A stretch of DNA of 53,257 nt, from assembly GCA_021399345.1 (NCBI GenBank), contig JAAFKI010000144.1, forward strand, positions 1 to 53,257, read 5' to 3'. Shown piece by piece: positions 39,311-49,300 of the stretch (position 1 is the stretch's first letter; each line of letters begins with the position of its first letter). Below the pieces are notes generated by a model. That model was not told the origin of the DNA. It saw only the letters and a list, made by a program, of their open reading frames with translations, and made no database searches. The translations under genes were made by a program, and so were the position numbers. The DNA comes from Candidatus Heimdallarchaeota archaeon. Lineage in GTDB: Archaea; Asgardarchaeota; Heimdallarchaeia; Heimdallarchaeales; Heimdallarchaeaceae.

Positions 39311-40333
39311 ATGGCCATGTTTAAGCAGAAAAAGAAATCAATCTTGAGACGTTTTATCAGTTTAATTATTATCTTATGGCTGATTTTAGCTCTTTCAATT
39401 CCTGCTTTGATGTTTGGTCCTGATAAATTAAGATTTACAGATACTGACTGGGATGATTTTTCTTTTATACCAAATTATAACACTACAGAATGGAATGTTC
39501 TCTTAGATTCTCATTCTCATACAAAATTTTCTGATGGGAAACTTACACCACGACAGAATATTCTTTGGCATATAGCTATGGGATTCAATGCAATGATTTT
39601 AACTGATCATAATAGCTACAGAGGTGTTGAAAAAGCAAGAGAAATAGCTCGGAATGAATATGATGATAAGATTAAGGTATTTGCTGGGATAGAATGGGCC
39701 ACAAGTAGATGTCATCTGACTTTGATTTTTCCACCTCATGTTACAACAGAAGAGTATGAAGGTGTTTTGAAATTTAGGAGCTATACTTATACACCTACAG
39801 ATGATGAAATCAAAGAAGTAATAACTGAAACCAAAGAACTTGGAGGATTAGTAGGTGTAAATCATTACCCTTTATCTGATAGATATTTATTGAAACAACC
39901 CTCTAGAATGCAATTCTATGACTTGGGGATAGATTTTTTTGAGATATTAAATGGAAAGAGCTATGATTATCTCTCACATAAGTTTTCCCTAGATAATGGA
40001 TTAGGAGTATTATCTGCTACAGATATGCATGTTCCTGGTCCTGTTCATTCTTAGACACTCCTGAATGTTTCTGAATTTACAGAAGAAGCGATATTTACTG
40101 AACTCAAGCAAAAACGAACAAGTTATCATTTTGATTTAGATGGGTCACCTTATGATGTTGTACACAAAAATAATCCAGGATATATCTTCTTATCTCCTTT
40201 AATTCAAATCGGTTCCATGCTAAATAGTATGTATAGAAGTGATCGATTTTTTAGTTTAGCTTTTGTTCTTATAGGATTCATTTATTTGACTTTCATTGTG
40301 TTAGAAGTTCTTCGAAAATTGTTTAAACCATGA
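39311..40333 (+). pseudogene. Membrane-anchored PHP-family metallohydrolase interrupted by an in-frame TAG
   Basis: DSHSHTKFSDG, LTDHN, GIEW, NH, TDMH; after TAG at 40052-40054 the frame stays open for 92 codons (TLLNVSEFTEEAIFTELK...TM...LFKP*). Confidence 0.78.
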
Positions 40334-40413
40334 TAAAAACTTCTGAGAGCGATAAAGAATATTTTTTGAATATGTTTATTAACTAGAATGTGAAATAATA
40401 CTTAGAAATTTTA

Positions 40414-40689
40414 ATGAGTGAAAGGAATCCAGTGAAAATTCAAAAATCGACAGAAGCACTTTTTAGAAAACTTCGAACAATTTCCTTCATTTTCATTGTA
40501 TTAACTTTCTTATTCTTTGGATTAGGAATAGGTTTGGGGTGGAATTACATTTTAACTATCTGCTTAATGATTGGATGTATGATTATTGCATTTGTACTAC
40601 CTTTCTCTGTTAAAAGAATAAGAATAAAGAGAGATATGGAATTGGTTAAACTTATGCATCTAGATACAGGAGTTGGGGGAAGGAATTGA
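40414..40689 (+). CDS. Small two-TM membrane protein
   Basis: 91-aa ORF with a hydrophobic hairpin. Confidence 0.6.
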   Translation: MSERNPVKIQKSTEALFRKLRTISFIFIVLTFLFFGLGIGLGWNYILTICLMIGCMIIAFVLPFSVKRIRIKRDMELVKLMHLDTGVGGRN

Positions 40690-40693
40690 TATA

Positions 40694-42313
40694 TCAAATA
40701 TAAATTTCGCCTTCTAATAGCTTATCAGATATTACACCTATCACTTTTATTTTACACGTTTTGCCAATGATTGGTTTTTCAGAATATACACTAATAGCTG
40801 GTCCACTGAAGATGGGATAACCAATAAAAGTATTCTTTCTGACTCTATCTTTTTCAGCAATAATAGTAATCATTTCATCCCCTATCATTTGCTTCTTCTT
40901 TTCTAAATTAAATTGAATTATGGCTTTTTTCAGTTCATTTTGGCGGATATTTAAAAGATGTCTTTTTGTTGGTAATGGAACACCAGTTACAGTAAAAGGA
41001 GAACCAGGTAAAGATAAATACCTATAAACAGTAATTTTATCAGCAAAATTGGTAAGTTTGTTTTCGACTACCTCTTTAGTCATTTCCAAGGATTTTACTG
41101 TTTCTCCAGGCAATGAATGAATTAGATAAATCTGTGGGGATAAACCTTCATCTGAAAAGAATTTTGATGCTTCTAATGCGGTATTAGGCTCTGAAGGTCT
41201 TCCTATTTTGTTACTAAGTGATGTATCAAATGTTTCACAACCAATACTGATAGCTGTTTTGGGAAGATACTTTCCAATTAAATTAGATATCTCCTTCGTA
41301 ACTAGTGATGGTTTGACATTTTCAATTGAAATGCTGCAAACTTTTTCTTGGCTGTTTCTAATTTCTGATAGAGATTTTAGCAATTTAGCAATTTCAGTAT
41401 AGTTTGCTTCAGGTTTGGTTGGAGAATAGATTGCTTCTTTTTCTCGACCTCGGAAATAATCCAAAAATCCTGGAGCTGATAGAACTATTCTTCTCACACC
41501 CTTATCTAACAAATCTTTAACTTCTTTTTCTACTTGGTTGAGTTTCTTACTTCTTGGTGGCCCAAAGGTTGCAGATACTGAACAGAAACCGCACCCAGCA
41601 GGGATATCTTCAGGACAATCACCAGTACTAATGGTATCAGGATTATCACATTCACCACATTCACTACATCCTCCCGCTGTTTTAACCAACTCTCCTCTGT
41701 AATGGTTTGAACATCCTCTAACTATTTCAACATAAACTTTAGAAAACCAGTAACCGGGATAATCCAATATTCTCTCTGTTGAAGGTTTGAATTCTTCAAA
41801 TATACTAGTTCCTGATATGCTCTTTTCTTTTACAAGTAAAGAACCGTTTTTCTTCTCAATACTAAATCTATCTGCAGATTCTTGTTCATGAAAAAAACTG
41901 AAATCAAAATCACATCTGATTAACTCTTCTATAATTTTCTCGCCTTCACCAATAACACCCATATCAAATTGAATTTCCTTAACTAGATCCTTCTCTGAAA
42001 GAATAGGACCACCAATTACTATTTTGCTATTCTGTTGCTTTTTTGATATTTTTTTAACTGCTTTTTGGACAGCTACTTTGTCCACAGACATAGCACTGAT
42101 GAGAAATAAGTCAGAAGAATTAACACCTTCATCGTTTTCTTCAATAAAATCTTCTACTCTTTTTATCCGAACATTTACTTTGTATTTTTCAAATACTCCT
42201 GCTATTAATCGTGGTCCTGCTCCTATAGCATCCCTTGAAAATTTCCTTCTCCCCTCATTAGCAGCTAAGGCATCTAAGATTAGAACATTCATTAATCGCA
42301 AGTATTCTTCCAT
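40694..42313 (-). CDS. B12-binding-like / radical SAM / TRAM-domain protein
   Basis: IGGP, GEGE, EIVRGCSN...GCGFC, SIGCET, LPGET, C-terminal TRAM-like barrel. Confidence 0.85.
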   Translation of the reverse strand: MEEYLRLMNVLILDALAANEGRRKFSRDAIGAGPRLIAGVFEKYKVNVRIKRVEDFIEENDEGVNSSDLFLISAMSVDKVAVQKAVKKISKKQQNSKIVIGGPILSEKDLVKEIQFDMGVIGEGEKIIEELIRCDFDFSFFHEQESADRFSIEKKNGSLLVKEKSISGTSIFEEFKPSTERILDYPGYWFSKVYVEIVRGCSNHYRGELVKTAGGCSECGECDNPDTISTGDCPEDIPAGCGFCSVSATFGPPRSKKLNQVEKEVKDLLDKGVRRIVLSAPGFLDYFRGREKEAIYSPTKPEANYTEIAKLLKSLSEIRNSQEKVCSISIENVKPSLVTKEISNLIGKYLPKTAISIGCETFDTSLSNKIGRPSEPNTALEASKFFSDEGLSPQIYLIHSLPGETVKSLEMTKEVVENKLTNFADKITVYRYLSLPGSPFTVTGVPLPTKRHLLNIRQNELKKAIIQFNLEKKKQMIGDEMITIIAEKDRVRKNTFIGYPIFSGPAISVYSEKPIIGKTCKIKVIGVISDKLLEGEIYI

Positions 42314-42425
42314 ATATTAAATTATTTCTTTACTAATATAATCGCGCTAAATTTGAGAAAATAAAATCCCAATAATTTAAGTTTAGATGAAAAGATATAA
42401 ATAACATCTTGACGATGAGTAATTT

Positions 42426-42743
42426 GTGCTAGAAGACGAATTATGTATGGTGTGTGGCTTACCTCAAGATCTTTGCGTATGTGAAGAGATAGCCAAAGAA
42501 GAACAGATTATTAGGGTTTTTATGGTTAAACGAAGATACGGTAAGAAGTATACTCTTGTTACTGGTATTGATCCAAACGAAGTTGATCTTAGTGCTTTAG
42601 CCAAGAAATTGAAATCAAAATTTGCTTGTGGTGGAACTTACAAAGAAGGAAGAATTGAACTTCAAGGAGACCATAGATTCAAAATCAAAGGTATTCTTGA
42701 AAATTCTGGTTTTGCTGCAAACAATATTGAAGTACAATTCTAA
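42426..42743 (+). CDS. sui1: Translation initiation factor aIF1/SUI1
   Basis: CGLPQDLC, RRYGK, ACGGT, IELQGDHR. Confidence 0.95.
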   Translation: MLEDELCMVCGLPQDLCVCEEIAKEEQIIRVFMVKRRYGKKYTLVTGIDPNEVDLSALAKKLKSKFACGGTYKEGRIELQGDHRFKIKGILENSGFAANNIEVQF

Positions 42744-42748
42744 CTAAG

Positions 42749-43027
42749 GTGAACTACATTCGAAAATCTAAGAAGGCTGCCCGAATAGATAAATCTTCAA
42801 AGGCTAAAAAAAGAAGAGGTTCTAATGACGAGTTTGTAAAAGTTTGTCCCGTTTGTTTTTTCCCTACAAAAATTGAATCTAATTTTTATGTTATGTATTA
42901 CTTCACTTGTTCAAATGAAAACTGCAATTGGCAAGGTCCTACTCCAATTGAGGTACGGCTAGAGGATTATAAGGTATTTATTGATGAGCAACTTAAGGAA
43001 TCTTCCTTCCAAGAAAGCGATAATTAG
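42749..43027 (+). CDS. Small zinc-ribbon protein
   Basis: CPVC...CSNENCNWQGP. Confidence 0.65.
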   Translation: MNYIRKSKKAARIDKSSKAKKRRGSNDEFVKVCPVCFFPTKIESNFYVMYYFTCSNENCNWQGPTPIEVRLEDYKVFIDEQLKESSFQESDN

Positions 43028-43066
43028 AAATATTTATCAAACTACCAACTACAATAAGATGTAATT

Positions 43067-43903
43067 ATGAATCCTGCAATCGTTATAGATAGTTCTTCTG
43101 AACTGCCTCAGAAGCTGTATCCGAAGTACAATATTTTTCCTCTAGGTTATGTTATAAGAGATTCTAATGATGAAACTCATAAAGAACGAATACAGGTTCA
43201 AACATTACAAACAAACAAGCTACTCTCAATAATTTCAAACGATAAAAATGCACAGCTATTTGCTCCCAGCATAAAGGATTTTGTTGAGCTTTATACTTTT
43301 CTCTCAGAAGAATTTGATTCTATTATCAGCATTCATTCTTCTTTTGCAACCCCTGTTGTATTCGAGAATGCTTTGGTAGCTAAGAAACTTGTTTCTGAAA
43401 TAAGCATTGATGTTATTGATACTCATACATTAGGTTCTTCTTCTGGTTTATTTGTTGAAGAATTATCAAAATTCATTGTTGAAGCTAAGAATATTAATGA
43501 AATTAGAAAGGAAACAATAAGTTTAGACAAACACATCAATTCCTTCATAATAACAAAGAATGAACATTTAAATTTAACAGGTTTAAAGAAAATTGACTGG
43601 AGAAAGAGTTTAACTAAATCACTCAAAACATACAGTTTGTACAATTACTTCCAGACTAATTGGAACATTCTCTCTAACAGTCGAAACACAAACAAGCTTT
43701 TTTACAAAATACAAGAAAAATTAGCTATTATTATTAAAAATAAAGATTTGAAAAATGTGTTCTACACATCCAGTAAGAATTTCTCAAAAGATACTAAATT
43801 CACTTTAAGCAAAATGAGGAAAGTCCCTAGAACTGAAGCAAAACCTTCTCTAGTTGCTTATTATTTGTTAGGAGATGACTCATTTGATATCTCTTTTATT
43901 TAA
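43067..43903 (+). CDS. Degenerate DegV-like protein
   Basis: IDSSSELP, APS, ISIHSS, VIDT retained; C-terminal GGR and HxGPG motifs missing. Confidence 0.75.
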   Translation: MNPAIVIDSSSELPQKLYPKYNIFPLGYVIRDSNDETHKERIQVQTLQTNKLLSIISNDKNAQLFAPSIKDFVELYTFLSEEFDSIISIHSSFATPVVFENALVAKKLVSEISIDVIDTHTLGSSSGLFVEELSKFIVEAKNINEIRKETISLDKHINSFIITKNEHLNLTGLKKIDWRKSLTKSLKTYSLYNYFQTNWNILSNSRNTNKLFYKIQEKLAIIIKNKDLKNVFYTSSKNFSKDTKFTLSKMRKVPRTEAKPSLVAYYLLGDDSFDISFI

Positions 43904-43909
43904 TCCGTA

Positions 43910-44716
43910 TCATGGTTGGATTCTATAAAATGTGCATGTGTTATTGAAAGTTATATCAGCTAATAGTTTCTCATCTAAATCAAGCATCTTAGCTGCTTTG
44001 TCACAAAATATTGGAATACTAGATGGATCATTATTTACTCCTTTCTCTAATGAATGAAATGGACTGTCGGTTTCAAACATTAAGCTATCTAATGAAGTTG
44101 CTTTGAGGATTTTTTGAAAGCTTTTTCTATAAACTGCGCTTGTTGGAACAGTTATGTACCATGATAATTTAGAGATTTCACTAGCTTGTTCTTCTGTACC
44201 TCCAAAACAGTGCATAAGAACGTCCTCTGCTCCCTTCTCTTTGAGTATTTCAATTGCTTTACCCTCTGCTCCTCTTGAATGGATTACAATTGGTTTATCA
44301 TGTTCTTGAGCAAAATCTATTAACTTCCTAAAGTATTTTTCTTGAAGTTTTCTTAAATCAGATTCTTTTATCCAATGAAAATCAAGACCAATTTCACCTA
44401 TTGCTACAATGTTATCTTCATTTTCACTGAAAAATTTTACAAACTGATCATATCTTTCTTGGGAGATTTTTGTTGTTTCAACGCCAATTGATAGATAGAT
44501 CTCTTTGAATTGTGTGGTTTCTAATCCAAACTGATATTTTTCTTCTTCTAGTGCGCTATTTACAATAACTTTCACGTTTGCTAGTTGAGATTTACCGACA
44601 ATTATCTCAATATCTTCCTTGGTAAACCAGTCAGGAATCAGATGGCAATGACCATCTGCATATGAAGTACCAGATTCTTTTTCGCTTAATATTGAGGAGT
44701 CTGTCTGCGAAAACAT
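43910..44716 (-). CDS. tatD: TatD family nuclease
   Basis: DGHCH, GEIGLD, IHSR, HCF, ETDSP. Confidence 0.93.
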   Translation of the reverse strand: MFSQTDSSILSEKESGTSYADGHCHLIPDWFTKEDIEIIVGKSQLANVKVIVNSALEEEKYQFGLETTQFKEIYLSIGVETTKISQERYDQFVKFFSENEDNIVAIGEIGLDFHWIKESDLRKLQEKYFRKLIDFAQEHDKPIVIHSRGAEGKAIEILKEKGAEDVLMHCFGGTEEQASEISKLSWYITVPTSAVYRKSFQKILKATSLDSLMFETDSPFHSLEKGVNNDPSSIPIFCDKAAKMLDLDEKLLADITFNNTCTFYRIQP

Positions 44717-44726
44717 TTCATCCCAA

Positions 44727-45713
44727 CTATAGTAATTTTTCTTTGAATACCTGAAGCATATTTAGTCCTCTAATTTCTCTATCTAAAGCTTCAATTTCTG
44801 TGATGATTGCATCTGGAAAGGCTGATTTGATATATTCTATATTCTTTATGTGTTCCTTGTGTCTATGCATACAATAAGTGCAAACATCATTAGCTGGATT
44901 TATCTGATTTACTACTGCAAATTTATGTGAAATAAGATGTTGATCGAGTTCTTCAGCAAGTCTTTCTGTTTCAAAAATACTCATCATTGTTGGAATTAGT
45001 ACTTTAATGAATTGTGTTTGTTCTTCATCCATCAGCTTGTCTCTTGCAACCAAAACCTTCTCTTTCATAGTTTCAAGAGTTTCGACAGTTCTATCCTTCT
45101 CTTGATCCCCACCAAACATGGATTTCACCATTGTCATAGCGTTTGAAATAAAAGTTTTCATTTTAAGCATTCTTCCCAAAAATGAATCAAGGAACTCAGG
45201 AATATTTAATAATCGTAAAGTATGACCAGTTGGAGCAGTATCAAGGATTACTGTATCATAAACTTCATCCTCAGCATATTCTAGAATTTTAGCGAAAGAT
45301 AAGGCTTCATCCATACCTGGAGGTGGAATTGATTTTAAATCTTGACCCAAGCCTTGTTGTAATTCACCTAAACCAGGAATAGCAGAAAATTGTGAGAATT
45401 GATCTGAATCAACAGGTTGTCCTATTGCCTTAGATATTTCTTCACCAGCTGCAGAAGGATTGATTTCTAGAGCAAATAGGTCACCAACTACTCCTTTGAT
45501 TTTAGTTATTTCACCATTGGAGAAATCCATGTCAAACGAATCAGAAACACTATGTGCAGGGTCAGTCGAGATAATTAATACTCTTTTACCTAGTTCAGCC
45601 AAGGCTATTCCTAGAGCAGAGGCGACACTTGTCTTCCCTACTCCCCCTTTTCCTCCAACTAAAATGTATTTTAGGTCCATGTTAGTAAGTTCTTTTAAGG
45701 ACATCAAAATCAC
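44727..45713 (-). CDS. get3: Get3/TRC40 (ArsA-family) ATPase
   Basis: GGKGGVGKTS, STDPAHS, PGMDEA, DTAPTGHTLRLL, Met-rich helix, C-terminal CTYC; single ATPase domain. Confidence 0.85.
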   Translation of the reverse strand: MILMSLKELTNMDLKYILVGGKGGVGKTSVASALGIALAELGKRVLIISTDPAHSVSDSFDMDFSNGEITKIKGVVGDLFALEINPSAAGEEISKAIGQPVDSDQFSQFSAIPGLGELQQGLGQDLKSIPPPGMDEALSFAKILEYAEDEVYDTVILDTAPTGHTLRLLNIPEFLDSFLGRMLKMKTFISNAMTMVKSMFGGDQEKDRTVETLETMKEKVLVARDKLMDEEQTQFIKVLIPTMMSIFETERLAEELDQHLISHKFAVVNQINPANDVCTYCMHRHKEHIKNIEYIKSAFPDAIITEIEALDREIRGLNMLQVFKEKLL

Positions 45714-45772
45714 TAGTTTCTTGTAATATATAAAATATGAGATTTGTTGACGTTTTAAAGAAAAAGGAAAAA

Positions 45773-46564
45773 TTACCTTCTTTTCTTGGTTTTTCTTTTA
45801 ACTTGCTTCTTACTTTTTTGTGAAGCAATTTCTTTTTTACGACTTTGTTTCTCCTTCTTTTTCTTAACTTCACGAGGTCTCTTAAAAACAAGATAATCGA
45901 TTAAAACAAGAGCACCTATTCCAAATACTATTGCTAAAGAATAATACAAAATATTCAACCATAGCTTTACATCTAAAACTACAATATTCTCTGGTTTAAT
46001 GGATAAAATGATGAATCTCTGTGATTGTGCATTAAATTTCGTTTCATCAATGCCGTAATATTCAATGGTAGTTGGTTCTAAAGTAAAGTTTCCTTCCGAA
46101 AGAGGTTTGAAATAATAGTAATAATATATAGTTGCATTTGGTTCTACTATAACATACTTCTGGGTTGTTAGATTTAAACTAGAAATAGCCCAATCAGAAA
46201 AACTTGGATCAACTGTTGTAAGATTATATGCAGTTTGATTACCAATGTTCTTAATAGTAATATTAACAAAAATCCATTCATCGATATCTGGGTTGATTTC
46301 TGTATTGTTAACATCTTTAGCAAGATCAAGAATAGGCCTATCAAGGAAAGAATCATTGACTTGACTAAATGTTTGAAGAGTCTTGTCTATTGTTGTAGTC
46401 CTGTTGTTTTCCGAATTAAGAGCTATTGCACTATTAATGGATGAGTGTGAAATAGTTAAGCCTAGAAATAGCATAATTGTAAGATATACTGTTGCGGATC
46501 GAAAGATTCTTTTAATCATTGATTTCTTATTCCTTAATCTTCTAAACATGCTTGAAACAGCCAA
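45773..46564 (-). CDS. Translocon-associated protein beta (TRAP-beta/SSR2)-like protein
   Basis: Signal peptide, Ig-like domain (KNIGNQTAYNLTTVDPSF...KPLSEGNFTLEPTTIEY), C-terminal TM plus basic tail. Confidence 0.72.
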   Translation of the reverse strand: MAVSSMFRRLRNKKSMIKRIFRSATVYLTIMLFLGLTISHSSINSAIALNSENNRTTTIDKTLQTFSQVNDSFLDRPILDLAKDVNNTEINPDIDEWIFVNITIKNIGNQTAYNLTTVDPSFSDWAISSLNLTTQKYVIVEPNATIYYYYYFKPLSEGNFTLEPTTIEYYGIDETKFNAQSQRFIILSIKPENIVVLDVKLWLNILYYSLAIVFGIGALVLIDYLVFKRPREVKKKKEKQSRKKEIASQKSKKQVKRKTKKRR

Positions 46565-46693
46565 TTTAAATATTTTGCTCTTCTGTATCTTTCTTTATTC
46601 ACATTAAAAAATAATCTCTTTTTATTCAAATCATTATTATTTATTCATAAAAGTAGTAAATGTTTAAAAAAAAGCTATTTTAACAATACTGTT

Positions 46694-47581
46694 ATGACAG
46701 TTAAGATCATATGTGACACAAGCGCCGATTTGAACTTACAAAATGATGAAACACTATACGAGAAATATGACATTGAATGGGTTCCAATGCAAGTTATGTT
46801 TGGAACAGAAGCATACAAGGAATTAGAAAATCTCAAAACATCAGAATTTTATGAAAAACTTTCTAAAACTGATGTTCATCCTACAACTTCTCAGTCTACT
46901 CAAGCAGATTTACTCGCAGCTTATGAAAAATTTGGAGATAAAGTTGATGATATTATTTCTATACACATCTCAGGAGAAATTAGTGGTGCTGTAGCCAGTG
47001 CTCGTATGGCTAAAAAAATGTACGAAAAACAGCACCCAGATGGAGCAAAAATACACATTTTTGATTCCAAAACAGCTAGTGCTAACTTTGGATTAATTGC
47101 TTTAAAAGCAGCAATTCATGCAAAGGAAGGTTTGAGTGCTGAAGAAATTGTACCTAAACTTGAAGAGTGGAGAACTCAGGATCAATCCTTCTACTTCACA
47201 GTGAAAGACCTAAAATGGCTGTTTCAAGGGGGAAGATTGAGTAGAACAAAATATGTCCTAGGTTCTCTTTTGTCAAAAATTCCTATTTTCCAAATGATTG
47301 ATGGGAAAATTGTACCTGTTAAAAGTGTTTCAGGAAAGGATGCCGCTATACAAACTATAATTGAGATGCAGATGAATGATTTGCAAGTTGATCCTAGTGA
47401 ATTAACATTACATTTCACTCAAGCACAAATTTACTCTGAAACAAAAGAGATTGCAGCTCAATTAGTGGAAAAATATCCAGGTCTGAAAATAGGAGAAATC
47501 TTCTCTATGGGTGGTGTAATAGCTTCTCATACTGGTCCTGGAACAATTGGTATAATTCTTACAAAAAACTTCGAATATTAG
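46694..47581 (+). CDS. DegV/FakB family protein
   Basis: DTSADL, PTTSQ, ISGEISG, DSK, LFQGGRL, HTGPG. Confidence 0.93.
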   Translation: MTVKIICDTSADLNLQNDETLYEKYDIEWVPMQVMFGTEAYKELENLKTSEFYEKLSKTDVHPTTSQSTQADLLAAYEKFGDKVDDIISIHISGEISGAVASARMAKKMYEKQHPDGAKIHIFDSKTASANFGLIALKAAIHAKEGLSAEEIVPKLEEWRTQDQSFYFTVKDLKWLFQGGRLSRTKYVLGSLLSKIPIFQMIDGKIVPVKSVSGKDAAIQTIIEMQMNDLQVDPSELTLHFTQAQIYSETKEIAAQLVEKYPGLKIGEIFSMGGVIASHTGPGTIGIILTKNFEY

Positions 47582-47636
47582 ATTTAAACAAGCAAAGTTT
47601 AAATTTAACTTTTTTTTCTTTCCTTTAGGTTATCAG

Positions 47637-48515
47637 ATGACTGTAAGAATAATGACAGATAGCGCTGCAGATATAACTCCAGATTTAATCAAGAAGTACA
47701 ATCTATCACTAGTTCCAACAGTGATAAGATTTGGTGATGAGATATACTATGAAGGAATAGATATTGATTTAGATCAATATTATGAGAAATTTTTCACCTC
47801 TAAAGTCTACCCTCAAACCGCTAATCCAACTCTTTACCACCAATATGAATTATTTGAAAAATTAGGAAATGAAGCGGATGAAGTAATAAATATAGTCATT
47901 TCTTCAGGTATTTCTGGTTCCTACAATACAGCAATTAATGCTAGAAGAAGATATGAAAAGAAGGTAAAGAACCCATCTAAAATTCTTATTTACGATTCAA
48001 AACTAGCTACTTTTGGAATAGGTATAATTTCAATTATGGCAGCTGAGCTTGCTGAAGAAGGCCTGAGTGCTGATGAAATAATCCCAAAATTAGATGAATA
48101 TAGAGATAAGCTTGAAGTTGGTTTTACTGTAGCCGATCTAAAATATTTACATAGAGGAGGAAGACTTAGTAGATCGAAGTACTGGGTAGGTAAAATTGCT
48201 GATAGGAAACCTGTAATAGTTTTTGAAGATGGTAAGATGGATGTAGCTAAAACTGTTAAGGGTCATGAAAACGCTGTCATTGAATCATTTGAGTATGTTT
48301 ATGAAAAAACAGGAAGACCCAATACTTTTAATGCTTATATTATGCATGCAAAGAATATGGATTCAGCAAAATTACTGAAAGATCACATCATTGATAGGTT
48401 TAAACCTGAGGAACACAACATATCAATAGATGATCTTGGGATGGCTGTTACTACTCATACAGGTCCTGGTTGTATCGGTATTTGTTTGGATACACATTAT
48501 AAATTTCTAAAATGA
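47637..48515 (+). CDS. DegV/FakB family protein
   Basis: DSAADI, PQTANP, ISSGISGS, DSK, LHRGGRL, HTGPG. Confidence 0.93.
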   Translation: MTVRIMTDSAADITPDLIKKYNLSLVPTVIRFGDEIYYEGIDIDLDQYYEKFFTSKVYPQTANPTLYHQYELFEKLGNEADEVINIVISSGISGSYNTAINARRRYEKKVKNPSKILIYDSKLATFGIGIISIMAAELAEEGLSADEIIPKLDEYRDKLEVGFTVADLKYLHRGGRLSRSKYWVGKIADRKPVIVFEDGKMDVAKTVKGHENAVIESFEYVYEKTGRPNTFNAYIMHAKNMDSAKLLKDHIIDRFKPEEHNISIDDLGMAVTTHTGPGCIGICLDTHYKFLK

Positions 48516-48523
48516 CTTGACTA

Positions 48524-49252
48524 GTGATAAAAATGAATTTTGAGGCATTACTTTTTGATTTAGATGGAACCTTGCTATATTTTGAATCAGAAGCTTTCAT
48601 TAAGACCTATCTAGGAGCAGCTGCGAAGTTTTTCATAGATTTAGTTCCTAATCCTGAAACATTTTACACAGAATTACTCAAATCTACAGATGTGATGGAA
48701 AATGGTGACAACGGGAATACTACAACTCTTGTTGATTTTATAGAAGATTTCTGTCCAAAATTTGATATAGATTATGAAACTATACGAAAAAGATTTTTAC
48801 AGTTCTACGATACTGAATATAAAGCTATAAAACCACTAATTTCCAAGATGAAAGGTGCAAGCAACTTATTACAGAATCTTAAGAAAATCCACCCCGAAAA
48901 GAAATTGATTTTAGCAACTAATCCTGTTTTTCCTTTCATAGCTGTACGTAAAAGAATGGAATGGGGAGGTGTTCCTGAAGATGTTTTTGATCTTATTACA
49001 CACGCAGAAAATTCCAATTATTGCAAAAATAATCGCAATTATTGGTTAAACATAGCTAAAAAGACTGCAATAGATCCACAGAAATCATTAATGATAGGAA
49101 ATGATGGTTATAGGGATATGGTAGCCAAGAAATATGGTTACAAAACCTTTCTAGTTGAAACTGCTTTTGAAAATGAGGAGAATATGACAGAAGATATTAT
49201 GCCTGATTACAGGGGTACATTAGAAGATCTTCATAATCTTATTTTCAAATAA
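48524..49252 (+). CDS. HAD-superfamily hydrolase
   Basis: FDLDGTL, LATNP, K, MIGND...DM. Confidence 0.9.
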   Translation: MIKMNFEALLFDLDGTLLYFESEAFIKTYLGAAAKFFIDLVPNPETFYTELLKSTDVMENGDNGNTTTLVDFIEDFCPKFDIDYETIRKRFLQFYDTEYKAIKPLISKMKGASNLLQNLKKIHPEKKLILATNPVFPFIAVRKRMEWGGVPEDVFDLITHAENSNYCKNNRNYWLNIAKKTAIDPQKSLMIGNDGYRDMVAKKYGYKTFLVETAFENEENMTEDIMPDYRGTLEDLHNLIFK

Positions 49253-49300
49253 TTTTCTACTTTAAATGGTAAGACATTTAAACGTGTCATCTTTTTTCAC

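Noticed and set aside
29923-40054. Genome-wide stop-codon recoding (Sec at the fumC TGA, Pyl at the PHP TAG)
   Set aside because: TAG ends glyS, rpoP and get3, and TGA ends porD and porA, at their expected C-termini. The fumC site is a variable non-Cys position, and both stops are one substitution from a sense codon.
44727-45713. Arsenite-efflux ArsA
   Set aside because: Single domain, no arsB/acr3/arsD/arsR neighbours, and it carries the Met-rich helix and CxxC typical of Get3
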